A DNA stretch of 64,000 nucleotides from Vicugna vicugna (lineage: Eukaryota): assembly GCA_013265495.1 (NCBI GenBank), contig MU058844.1, forward strand, positions 12,856,184-12,920,183. Direction: 5' to 3'. This document shows, in pieces, positions 26,001 to 38,700 of the stretch (position 1 is its first letter; every line of letters starts with the position of its first letter). The notes under the pieces were generated by a model, which searched no databases, was not told the DNA's origin, and saw only the letters and a list, made by a program, of their open reading frames with translations. Both the position numbers and the translations under genes were made by a program.

Positions 26001-26260
26001 GAAAGTTTTTAAGTTTTGGTTTTTACATTTATATATTTAATTTCATAAAAACTGTTCTTTGTGTGTGGTATAAGGGTAGGGACCTAGTTTTCCAACATAG
26101 ATGACCAATTTTCCTAGTATTTTTAAATGAATAGTCTTCCCTTTTCCTACTTCTAACATATATCTATGCTCTCCATAATCATGGGTTTGTTTCTGAGAGC
26201 TCTCTGTAAAGTTCTTTGGGTCAGTTTGTCTCTCTCTGTATCAGTAACCTATATTTTAAA
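23060..26260 (-). mobile_element. Nested L1 cluster: old L1M interrupted by a younger L1 (3'UTR + ORF2 end, ~24070-25905)
   Basis: ORF2 remnant EKTILKFVWNHKRPQITKVILRKKNRTGGIKL on the minus strand and typical L1 3'UTR. Confidence 0.85.
23255..23378 (-). mobile_element. tRNA-derived camelid SINE (Vic-1 type)
   Basis: Reverse strand gggtatacctcagtggtagagtgcatgtttag..cctgggttcaat (A/B boxes). TSD tattctttgcttttt at 23240-54 and 23380-94. Confidence 0.85.
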
Positions 26261-26369
26261 TTTCAATACTAATTTTTAGGTATTAAAAGGATACTGGATT
26301 TAGTAACTGAATGAGCCACCACATATTTTATTATAATGAAGTTTCATAAAAATATAAAATTTGTTGATC

Positions 26370-27470
26370 TGATTCATTCAACAAAATTCTGCTGAACACC
26401 TTCAGCATGCCAGAATCACGCCAGGACTTAAGGATTTATAGGAATATAAGGCAGGCAAAACTCTCTTCTCTTACGGAATTTATGGTCTCAGGTAGAGGGC
26501 AGACAGTAGACAAATAAATGATATAATTTCAGATAGTGCTAAGAGCTACAGTGAAAATCATGTAGGGTAAAGTGATAGAATATAACTGTGGCAGAATGGG
26601 CACTGACCAAACCAAACAAAACCAAACCAGAATTAATAAATTGTGCTGTATTAAAATTAAGAACTTTTTTTATCAAAAGACACAATGGATGGCTTTTCTA
26701 AAGAGATGACATTTAAACACAGATAACAAATGATGAGAGTGGTCAATAATATGAAGACCTGGGTGGGAGTACTCCAGGTAAAGGGGAAAAAGATACAAAG
26801 GCCGAAAGATTGGGGCAAGATGCCATGTTTGAGGAATATCAAGAAAGCTATATAGCTGGAGCCAAGTGAATAAAGAGGAACGTGATAGAGAATGAGGTTG
26901 GAAAGATAAGCAAGGGCCAAACTGTTGAATCTTTAGGCCATGGTACTTATTGCAGGCATAATGGAAAGCCATTGTGGATATTTCTGCATGCTGCAGATCT
27001 GACCTATGGGTTACAAAGATTGCTGAGGTTTCTGTATAGAGAATGAACTCTACACAAACAAGGAGAAAGATGGTAAGTCTAGAGACTAAGTAGAAGTCTG
27101 CTGCTGTGACCCACTGGAAAGGTAATGGTGGCTTGGAACAGGCTGGTAGTTGTGAAAGTGGAGAGAAGTAGGAGGAGTCCAGAAAAATTTTAAAGATCTC
27201 ACAGAAGATTTGGTATGAAATGTGAAAGAAAGAGAAAAATCAAAGAATACATCTACGGTTTTTGGCCTGAGAAAGAGGGGGAGGGGAATAGTGATTCCAT
27301 TAACTGAGATGGGAGAGAGGCAGGTTTGGAAGATAAGCAGAATCAAGAATTGTTTTGGATAAATTGAGATGCCTGTAAAATAATAGAGATGATTATAAGG
27401 CAGGTAATTGTGTATGTGAGTTCCTGAGTTCAGGAGGAGATAAAAATTTAGTAGTCATCAGTGTGTGGAT
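26370..27470 (-). mobile_element. L2 LINE
   Basis: ttcattcaacaaaa..ctgaacacc start, tttttggcctgag..ccattaactgagatggg. Confidence 0.75.
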
Positions 27471-28532
27471 TCTTTTTTATGGACTTGATGGGAAAATAAA
27501 ATTTTTATATCTTGGATGATAAGTGAAAGTATTTTTTAATTTTACATTGAAATTTAAGGAACTAAAATATGATTTTGAAAACTAACACAATTGAAAATAT
27601 TACAGCAATATGACTTAAAATGTATGGTAATTAAAAATGTGAATATGAAGTTCTGGTTAAGTTAAAAATTAAATGAATGGAAGACAGAATTATTCTCTTG
27701 AAATAAAAACTAAAGTTTTGTAGGCTGCAAGACAAGTATATAAAATGAAAGGATATAGAGACCCCAGGGCACTGTAGACTTGCTCACGATTGCCCTACTC
27801 CTTCACTGAGTGTTTTCTCTTTTCTGTCCACTGTGGAACTGGGCATTGCTCTCCTCTATTAGTAGCTTGGCCAAATGGCTGAACAGCAGCCTTAAACACT
27901 ATTTAGGTTGACTGTTGGGGCAGCAATCTTTTAAGAGACCAGACTTTGGAACCAAATGGTCCTGTGTTAGAATTTTACCTGCTTACTCTTAGGCACAGCA
28001 GTCTCTGAACCTCAAGTTTCCCCAAGAAACTTGAATCAAGAATCATACCTACCTTCCATGAAAATTAGAAATTACAGTAGAAATTCTAGGGAATATAAAA
28101 CACTGTTTTATGCTGCTATTAATTTGTATTTTTTCTGATTACAAATGAGATTGAGTATCTTTTCACATATTTATTGACCATTTGTATTTCTCCTGTGAAA
28201 TGACATTGTCTTTGCTTATTGCTCTATTGGTGAATATATAGAGTTAATAACACAATGAAAGGTCAACAGTAAACCTGGGTGTACCTTTCGTTATCAGAAA
28301 TGTACTTTCATTTTTATGAGGTCTATAATTTGTGTAATTTGACACATACCTATAAATTCATTCTGAATTGAAAGCAACCCAAAAATAAAACAGTTACATT
28401 AATTTATTAAGGTATTGAGTTGGTAAAATGAATATAACCATTGAGGCCATTTCAGTCATAGTTCTAGTCCATGTTATTAACTATGCCATTATATAAATCC
28501 ATGACTAATTGCTTTTCCCTTCTTTCCTTGAG

Positions 28533-28670
28533 CTGTGGTAGCAAACAGTGACGATACTCAACACCTGACACCAGGAAAGATGAGTCAGCGCCAAGGGAAA
28601 GAATCCTTTCCAACGCCAACCAAAGATCTGTATCAGCCATCTTTTAGTCCATCAAGTCCTCTTAGCCAGG
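28533..28670 (+). CDS. OSBPL8: OSBPL8 exon 4 (VVANSDDTQHLTPGKMSQRQGKESFPTPTKDLYQPSFSPSSPLSQ), includes ORP8S start ATG at 28580
   Basis: 138 nt, ttgag| acceptor, CAGG|gtaagg donor, phase 1 to 1. Matches ORP8 residues ~27-73. Confidence 0.96.
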
Positions 28671-28924
28671 GTAAGGAGTTGTGCTTTTAATGTTTTTTTG
28701 TTGCTTTTGGTGATTTTGTTTTGTTTTGTTTTCCCAAGGACAACAATGATAGTTGGGAGTCTAACATAACTTTTTTCTTTTTAACTATTTGGTTTTATAG
28801 GGGTTTTATTTGTTTTGTTTTGGTCATCCCTAATACTCTTGAAATGAGTACATTTTCTTTTAGAGTCCTTTAATCCCCCTTATATTCTCCAGCATACTTG
28901 GTTATTTATACCATTCTTCTAATT

Positions 28925-29890
28925 CAGTGATTCTCGAACTTTTTCATCCCAGGACTCCCTTATACTGTCAAAAATTACTGGAGACCCCAAAGAACTTTTG
29001 TTTATTCTGGGTTAGTTAACCTATTGATACTTACTGTATTGTAAGTTAAAGCTGAGATATTTTTAAAATATTTATTCTTTTTTTATTGAAGTTTAGTTGA
29101 CATATAATATTATTATGTTACAGGTGTGTAATGTAGTGATTCACAATTTTTAGAGGTTATACTCCATTTATAATTATTATAAAATATTGGCTATATTCTC
29201 TGTTTTGGGTAGTATATTCTTGTGGCTTATTTTATACATAATAGTTTGTAAAAAATGTTTACTCTTAATTCACTAAAAATTACAATAATTAACCTATTAC
29301 ATATTTTTATGAAAAATAAATATGCCCCCCCAACAAAAAAGAAGTTGAGTGAGAATGAGCAGAGTGGTATTCTTTTCCCTCAGGGTTCCTCAGCCCTGGA
29401 CCTATTGACATTTGGGGACTAGATAATTCTTTGTTGTAGGGGGCTACCCTGTGCATTGTAGGATGTTTAGCAGCGTCCTTGGCTTCTACGCACAGGATGC
29501 CAAAAGCATTTTCCCTGATTGTGACAACTAGAAATATCTCTAGACCTTGACAAATGTCCCTTGCGGGATTAAATTGTCTTTGGCTAAAGACTACTATTTT
29601 ACAGTTTCTGCAGATCTCTTCAATTTATGTCTAGCTTTATTGCTTCATCAAGGACATTTGTAAGTGAAACTGGTTTTCTTGAATGTCAGTGAAGAAATCA
29701 ATGACTACTGCTGCAGTGTGGTGCCCCACCTTGATGTGTGCTAATGTGCCAGCGGTTTTGCCCAACATTGCTCTTAAGCACACTCTCAGTGAAAATGTCA
29801 GCACAATGAAAAAGTATTATGAAATTAATTTTGACCTTGCAGACGCTCTGGAAGAGTCTTGGGGATTCCCAGGGATTGTGGATCTCTCTG
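28925..29890. mobile_element. hAT-Charlie element carrying a nested L1 3' end (~29076-29250) and MER20 (~29380-29597)
   Basis: cagtgattctcgaact..gagaccccaaagaacttttg. MER20 signature ataattctttgttgtagggg..gtgcattgtaggatgtttagcagc..gtgacaac. Confidence 0.7.
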
Positions 29891-30654
29891 ACTAATTCAT
29901 AATTGATAAGTTTTGCATATTGGATTCTGCTCCTTAGCTAAAGTTTAATCAAATGCTTTGAAATCTCCTGTGGTACTGCTGATAGCTGTTGTGGAAAAAC
30001 TTCTGCTTTTAAAACTGAGAACTTAAACGTGGTGTTTGAAAGCTAATGTGTACTTAGGTTATCAAGTATTTTTAAACATTTAGAGTCTTAACTACACTAC
30101 CATATTATACTATCTGTACAATTAGGTTTTGTTACTATTTTATGAATTATCCTTTGAAAGTAGGCTTTAGTCACTTATTTTTTAAATGAATATTAACTGG
30201 TAAATAGTAAGTTACATGATCATTTTCTATCTCAGTGGAAAATGTTTTCCTGGTCAAGTGTTGGGTGGAAACATTTTAATATAGCTTTGTTGGAACTGGA
30301 GAAATTTTATGTGAAACAAGATAAAAACAGTTATTAGTATGTTAAAATTTATTGCTTACTTGTTGAACATAATTTTGGAAAGGTAGCATTTTTGTTGCCA
30401 AATGCTTTTTTGAAGCTTGAAAATGGATATATGTTACACACTGGTCTAAGTAAGCTTAAGATAAAATTCTAAAAGAATGCAGCATGCATATTTTTTTCAT
30501 TCTGTGCACCAGAATTTTGACTGTAATAAATGTGGTTCATCTGATTCATTTATCAGTGTACTAGAATATTTAGAGGAATTCTTTAACTTAGAATTTAATG
30601 AAATAAAAAAGAGTTAGTTACTAATAATTAAAAGTACTCTCATTTATATGTGTC

Positions 30655-31800
30655 ATGAACATTTTCAGGCAAACAGGAAATTTGAGAGAATAGTACAATG
30701 AACACTAATATACCTAACAGATAAATTTAGGAAATTCTTTATCTTTTGTTGTATTTATTTTATTTACTTGTGAGTGGGGCTGGAATGTTTGGAGCAAATC
30801 ATAGACCTCATGATGTTGTACCCCCAAATGCTTAATCCATCTCTAAAAATTAAGAACTTTTCTTATAGAACTGTAAAACCTTTATTAGATCTAATAAAAC
30901 TAATGATAATTATTTAATCTAAGCTAACAACTAGTTCATATTCAGATTTCCCCAGTTCTCCCCAAGTGTTTTACTTGTTAAACCAGGGTTTGTACATCGC
31001 ATTTGGTTGTTGTCATTTTATGTCCTTTAATCCCAAAGAGTGCCCTGTTTATCCTTATTTTCTCTTGTTCCTTTGACTCTTTTGAGAAACTGGGTCAATG
31101 TCTCTATGGAGTGTTTGACCTTTTGAATTTGGTTGCTTGTCTTCTTGCAGTATCTCCTTGTTTAGTCTCCATTTCCCTGTCTTCTTTATTTTCTGTGAAC
31201 CGGAAGTTAAATGCAAAGGCTTGATTACATTCAGGCTGAACATCTTTGGCAAGATTATGTTATAGGGAATATGTACCACTTTATGCTGCCTCGCATGAGA
31301 ATTCACTTAATATCTGATCGTCTCTTAGTGATGTGAGACTGATCAACAGATTCTGGTGGTGACAGCCTGACCCTCTTCATTGAAAGTTGCATCTTTTCTC
31401 CCCTTATTACTGAGAGTAAAATAGAATTGGCACCTAATTAATATTCTATTCCCCATCAGCTTTTCACCTAAAGGGGTAACCACCCTTTGATAAACATTGA
31501 ATCAACTGCAACATTAGGTGTTGAAAAATAGTGATTTTATAATTTTGTCATTCTTTTTACTTTTGTTACTGAAATTTTTCTGTAAGGAAGAGATCTTAAT
31601 TGTCTTAGAGCTACTTATTAAATGCTGAAATGTAGTTCCCAAAGGAAAATGAAGATAAATGATTATTGTCTCCTAAATACCAGTTTTTATATTAAAGAGA
31701 AAACATAAAGTCTACTTCCAGTGGTGACAAATTATTTTGGCTTAAAATTTTTTAATGTCATAAATAACTCTTGCATTTTAATATATTCATTAAGTTTTAA
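30655..31800 (-). mobile_element. Old L1 (L1MC/ME) 3' region
   Basis: gagaatagtacaatgaacac..catattcagatttcccc..ggcttgattacattcagg. Confidence 0.6.
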
Positions 31801-32479
31801 TCATTGGTAAAATGAAGATAATGTTAGTATCTATCTAGCTCAAAGGATTTTTTATAAGGCTTAAAATGAGGTAATACATATAAAAAGCTTAGAACGTAGC
31901 CTGATGAATGATAACCACTCATGATGGCTGATTAATAATAACCACCACAACAGTGATAATTACTATTATTATTTTAAGTAAATGATTCTGAGTCAAAGGC
32001 TGATCTTTTGATCTTTGCTATACTTTTTATAGTGTCTTATAGAAGCTTATTTGGAAATTGTTTTGGTATGAATGGCCATATTCAACCTCTAATTTTTGCA
32101 TCTAAAGCAGCCGTAGTGTTAGTTATATCTTGGTTTACACCTGAACATTCCTGGGTAAGTTATGGATAAATTAATATTTGTAGAGTGAATTACATACTGA
32201 ATGTACTTATTTGTTAAGGTCAACCTATTGGATTTCTGTAACACATAATATCTCCCTCTGGTTTACCTACTGAAATTCTGTATCATAGTTTTCAGGTGTC
32301 AGAGTTGTGTCTGAAATAAGATATATCCATTAACTCCAGGTTATGATGAAGATAAACTGTTGGAGATTAATGGATGTCTAGAAAGCCTCTTTGATAGGTC
32401 TGCCATAACTCAGGTACTCTGGATTAGTATTTCAGCTTCTAAATGGAAAGAATTTGAGTTCCAAAAGCTTACTGATAGT

Positions 32480-32690
32480 AATAATGACTAACATTTAAAA
32501 TTCCCCACGTCTCTTAAGTGCTTTTTATGTGCATTAGCTCCTGGAATTCTTGTTAGAACCTTGAGGTATATAAATCATTCTCCCTGTTTCACAAATGAGG
32601 AAACTGAGCTGTTGGTAAGGGTAATTTCCTTGCCCCAGTTTACACAGTTAGTAAGTGATAGAGCTAGAATGTGAACCTAGAGATGACTCG
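32480..32690 (-). mobile_element. MIR SINE
   Basis: acaaatgaggaaactgag..acacagttagtaagtg..gaacctag. Confidence 0.75.
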
Positions 32691-32844
32691 AGAAATTTAT
32701 TTATTTTTTTAAGTTTCAGTCCATATAGTCATTAGATTTTTTGAGGCTCAGATTTCCCAAACTTTAACTCTGGCTCCTCTGTCTTTTGATATAAATCCAT
32801 TATGTGTACCATGCTTTATGTGGGTTTTTTTTTTTCATTTCTTT

Positions 32845-33410
32845 TGAGTAATATCTAGGAGGGCAGGTGTAGAATCATATGATAGTGTGTGTTTTACCTT
32901 ATAAGAAATGACCAGTTTCCCAAAGTAGTTCTACCATTTTACATTTCTGTCAGCAGTGTATGAGCATTTCAGTTGCTCTATATCCTTGATCTTTTTATTT
33001 TAGCCATTCTAATGGGTGTGTAGTAGTATCACATTGTGGTTTTAATATTACAATTCCCTGCTAACTCATAATGTTGAGCATCTTTTCATACAGCCACTTG
33101 TATATCTGAAGTGTCAGTTCAGATTTTTTGCCCACTTCAAAAATAGGCTTGTCTTATTATCTAATTTTTTAAAATATATTTCAGTAGCATCCTTTGCTAG
33201 CAGTATATGTTGTATTTTCTTCCAGTTTTGGCATGTCTTTTCATTGTCTGAGTGATTTCTTTCAAAGAACAGATGTTTTTAATTTTGATGAAATCCAATT
33301 TATTAATTTTTTCCTCTGACTTAAGCTCCCCCTTCTCCCATGAAAGAAATATTTGTCTACCCTAAAGTTGCAAAGAATATTTTTTGTGATTTCTTCTAGC
33401 AGTGTTACAG
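32845..33410 (-). mobile_element. Old L1M ORF2 3' fragment
   Basis: cagcagtgtatgag..ttagccattctaatgggtgtgtagtagtatc..gttgagcatcttttcat. Confidence 0.7.
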
Positions 33411-35724
33411 TGTCAAGGCTCTGGTCTTTATTTTCATTCTTAACGTCATCATCTGAGGTCAGGTCCTTATTATTCCATGCTTACATTACATAGTACTACA
33501 GCATCCTAACTTCTATTAGGACCTTGCCATCTAGTATACCAGGCTCATCTTTCTTAACAAAATGACCAAGCAGAAAATTATTGTTGCATGTTAAGGTGAG
33601 ACTATGATGGGGTTGGGGTTCTTACAGATTTATATGGCTAGAGAATACATGGATCCTATGAAGTAGGTCTCTGAGGGAAATGATGTGGATAAAGAGAAAT
33701 AGAAAATTACCAATTGAAATACAACTTTTGATTATTTAAGCTTGTAACTGAAAATTTCATTAGGTATCTATCTGCATTTACATCACTCCCGTACTCAAAA
33801 GGTCAACGGCTGACTGTTGCCTGAGCAGTGGCTCCTAAGTCTGACTGTGTCTGAGAATCACCTGGGAGCTTTGCTTAGATAAAGATTCCACTCCAACATT
33901 TGAAAATCTCTAGGGCGAGGCTCTCCAAGTGTATCTGATGTAGCAACACTTGAATCAGCAAGTGGAAACCAGCAACATAGAGTATAAATTACAGATTTTG
34001 TATTCTGTTAGTCAAGGCTCTTAGTATTTTGGATTTTATTCTACCCTTCAGTTTCATTTTGTATTTCCTCTCCTCATGAATCCAGCTAGATGGCTTTCTT
34101 CACTGTTCCCACAAAACTGTGCTTTATTTATTCTCATTCTCCATTGTGGAATATCCTCTCCCTTCCCTTTGCTTATCTAAATTCTTCTCAAATCCCGAAG
34201 TGCTGTCAGTTAAAAATGGCCTCAGAGTAATGGTGAGATCAAGAATGCTTCTGTAAGATGTTTCGGTTGAGACCTCAGAAAGATTTAAGATGGTGCCTCC
34301 CAGAGCCTTTCAGCAAGACAAAAGCACTTGGAAGAGTCTTAAAGGGATACCTTTTTAGAATCTCTCAGCTAGTCAAAAGTGCTTCAGGGCTCTTAAGTTG
34401 GCTGTCCAATAATTGGACAGCCAGCCCAAAGGAGAGAGTAGCCTATCTCGAGGAAATACTCTAGGAGAAAGATAGGAGAATTAATAGAGCAAGGCTCTCA
34501 GAGAAGGCAGCAGGGATGAGATCCAGTGTGAAGGTTAAGGGATTGATTGGACTAGGAATACAGCCCAAAAGTGGAAGAATCATGGTAGTGGAATTCCCAA
34601 GTAGGTTTAGGTTGGTATTGGTTTTACCTTATGTGAGACTTTCTCCTGTAATGTTAGGCTTTGTGAAGTGTATGCAACAAAAGAACAGTGGCAGAGAGTG
34701 TGGGATGCTGGCAATGGAACGGGGTTTAATGGATGAGTTGGTGAACTGCTTTGGTAGAGGGCATAGGATCTGTAGGAAGAACTGTCAGAGTCAGTAGACA
34801 GCTTAGAAGCATTGTGCAAGTGGCTGTCGGGCAAGGTACTCTTTCACAGAAGAATACTGAACTGATAAAGTAATTGAGGGTTAATGTGAAAGGAAGAAAG
34901 TTGTAGAGGGTAAATAGATGTTTTAGATCCTCAGGGCAGAGTTTTTTGGTTTTGTTTTGTTTTTGTTTTTAAATATTCCTCCATGCCTAGCATAGTACCA
35001 GGAACATAGTATGTATCTGTGTTTTTAATAAGTGAATAAATATCTTTATTAAGTACCTTTTATATGCTGTGTCCAGCTGTTGTGAAGCTTACAGGCTCAT
35101 TTTTTTAAATGAATAAATGCAGTTTTGGGGGTGATCTTCATGTGCCGAAGCCCCTTCCCTAACATGGACCTCACATGTAGTATTATTCCTGTGTTTGCTA
35201 AAGAGTCTAACGAGAGAGTGGATGACCATGCAGCTGAATGAGTGAATGAATGAATAAATAAGTATTTTTTAAAATGGCATTTGTTTTGGTGATATTTGCT
35301 AGACTTGTAGCTACCACTTATTAAGCACTTACTGAGTTTGGCTATCATACTAAAAGTTTTCTGTGCCAAATTATATTTAACTTTTGAAACAGGTACAATG
35401 TCTGCTTTATAAGCGAGACAACTGAGGATTAGGGACATTAAGAAATCTGTTCAAATTCACAAAACCAGTAATGTCAGAGACAGGTTTCAAATTCAGAATT
35501 GTCAAAGTCTGAATAGTCTTAAGTATTCCACTATACTGGGGTGAATTATAGTATTAGCTGTTTTCTTTTTTGTTTTATGTATGCTATGGTGTTAGAAATT
35601 TATCTTTTGTCAGTGCTTTAAAATGGCAAAGATTCCCATTGCTCCTGTTTTCTGGCTGAGTCTCCTTCATACATTACAATTGATTCATACCAATTTAATG
35701 TAGGTCCTCTTAAAAACAATTAAG

Positions 35725-35774
35725 TTTGTTTTTGTTTTTGTTTTTGTTTTTGTTTTTGTTTTTGTTTTTGTTTT
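35725..35774. repeat. (TTTTTG)n microsatellite
   Basis: Directly visible. Confidence 0.95.
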
Positions 35775-38700
35775 TATAGTATGGTTTTCTTCCATCATTT
35801 TAGGATTTTTTTTCCTTTTATTTTTATTTTTTGGAGGAACTAGGGAGACTCTGGCTCTCCTCACTAAAACCCACACACATCAAGAGAATCTTTTGTGTGT
35901 TATATGTTTAGATTATGATGATGAATCAGATTATTCCAAAAATTGTGTATTTACTAGATTTTTTCCCCAGTCTGAAGGCTGTTTACTTCAAAATAGTTTT
36001 AACTTAGATATGATTATGATCTCTTAAGTATTTGTCTATGCTGATTTGTTTGAACATAATATATTTCAACTGTATGTCGAGAAAGAAAGACTTGTAGATT
36101 AATTAGTCTTGTTGTCTCCCTTCTGCCCTGTGCTTTTGAATAAGGACGTGCTAAGCCTAGAGACTAAATTAGAGCTCATCTCACGGATGGATACTCCATT
36201 CCCTCCGGATCACATCTGAGATTGTTATCAAAGCTTGATGAGTTACAGTTTATCTTGTAGCTACCCTTTCAATCTTTGGTCAGAAAAAGCTATTTTCACG
36301 CTTTTATTTTTGAAAAACTATCTTTCAATTGTAGTGCTTTGTGAGAGAATATAAAATGTTGCTTTCCCAAAACTTACATAAATCCATTTCAAACTAATTT
36401 TTAAGTGTTTAAAATTTTAAAACTTTTAAAGGTAAAAGTTTTTCCTGCTTAATCACTGTTATCAAAATTAAGTTAGGACATGTTTGGTTTATTTAGACTT
36501 GAATTAAAATGTCTATGTTCAGTATTCTGTTTCTCTTATCCTTTAGTAAATTCTCTTAAACCTGTGATGTCCCTTCACCTTGAATGCCCTGGTATTACTA
36601 AACATGACGTAATGGGTCTATATCTAGTATTTCTAACTTAGTAGAAGATTTTAAAGTAAAGAGGGATTTTCTTTAACAAGAGAGTTTACTATTGTGCAGA
36701 TGTCCTACCAGGTTCCCCAGGGTTTTAGTTTTAGACATTGTTGGTATAATCTCAGGTGACTAACGCAAAGTACCTTCATTAAAGTGGTTCACAGACAAAA
36801 GGAGACCTACAAGTCAGTTTCCTCCATGAACCGAAGCAATTCCTCCTTCCTTGGTAAGATTTTTCTCGGGTCAATTCTTAGCATATGAGACCACACACAC
36901 ATAGGAAGTGTATTTTTGAATATATATATTATATTGCATGAAAACTATTTTGCCTGAAAGAAAACTTGAATTTACCACCCACCCCCTGCCTCCACTGTGT
37001 CTTTTTTTTTCCCCTTGATGCTGTGCTTTGGTTTATAGCCATAAGTTGTTTTCTTTAGAAACAGTATAAATTAGAGGCTATGTTGATTTTCTTCTGAGTT
37101 TTTGAATCTTCAGTGCATTAGATTTCTGAAGTTAACTCTTAAAACATGGCTGCTTTCTATTTTGAAATTCCTTGTGTTTAGTTAGTTGCTTCACAGAGCT
37201 ATGAAAGTATCTATTAATATTAAATAATGAAAGAGAATGTAATATTTGGCAAGTTAAGAAATTAACAATAATATATTTTTCCAAATCTCTCTTCTGAAAT
37301 GTTTTAATCTCTATGTCCTTCAGCTATTCCTACAGGGGAAACAAATACTTTGAAATCATTTATTAAAAAGTGAGAATGAATGATTCAGCTTGGTTTTAAG
37401 CATCTTTACCAAAGATGAGACAGTCTGTCTTATCTTTGCCAGGCCCTATTAATTGCTTCTTTAACAGAGCAGTAAGATGAACATTAAGAACACTAAAAGA
37501 TGCTTTTCTCCTCATAAACATATGCATTCTTATATTCCTTCTCAACCCTTCCTTTCTGTTTACTTATTTAGTAAGATAACAGTAAAGGATTGTCAAATAT
37601 TAACCTGCACCAGTTTCTCAGCTCTTTTCTGGTGGGATTTCTCTCTGTTTGTTTCCAAAGTCTGAGAGATTGAGATCTCCCTCTTAGCAAGAATGGTAAT
37701 AGAGTTTCGCTTGTAGAGTTAACTGGTACAATCTTCCTTTCCTTATTTGAGGCATGTAGAGGCAAGCCTTCTGTATTTTTAATAAATATATAGCAAGACA
37801 ATATCAATTTAATTTACCGAGTAATGTTTGCATAATTTCTGAGAGAAGATAAAAAGTAGTTTCATAGAAATTTTTGTTTCCATTTCTTTGGTTGTTGTAA
37901 CTTTGAACATATATATATAAATTTTATTTAAGAATGAGACAGTGAAAGTTCAGAAAACTCACCTCTTTCCAGATAAAGGAAGATGTACAAATAGTACCTG
38001 GGGAGTACAGGGTTTTTCAATGGTCTCGTCTATCAAGTTGGCCTTTTTGTAGTCTGCTTGGTATATAGTTCTGTACTACAAAGCAAGAACAAACCAAAAA
38101 GGATATTCTCAACACCTGCCTTCAAGAGTTTAATTTGTAGTTGCAAAGTTGAAGGACAAGAAATAGGGAAACGTAAGGAAACATGAAAACATGTAAGTGA
38201 ACTTTCAGTTCCCAACATGGCAAACTAGATGTTCAGAGAAAACCTATCTAGTAAGAACATCAAGCTGCTGAACACAGTGTTTTAAAAATTAGTTTTTAAA
38301 GTGTGGCTGACCTTGTCAGTTAAGTAGGAGGTGCAGGATTATTGTGAGAGGGAATCCAGAGAGGTTATGAGCTCTAGAACCAGCATTGGAAGCAGCTATG
38401 ACCGGCACTTGCTAATTCCTGAAGGTCTAAAGCTTGAGCTTTAACAAGAGAAGGGAGAAAAGCCCGTGGCCCATTTATGATGGAAATTTGGATTGTCATC
38501 TCTCCACCTGAAATTAGGAGTCCTGAAGGACAGTACTAAGTAAGTGAAAAAAAGAAAGAAAGAAAAAGAAAAAGAAAAAGAAAAACAAAACTTGTAAAAT
38601 ACACTCACAAAGGAAGACAGTGGTGTATTTGTCTGTGTTAGTCTTGACTCAAAGTAGAATGAGGGAAGAGAGGGACTCTGCTTCAAAAACAGAAACACAT

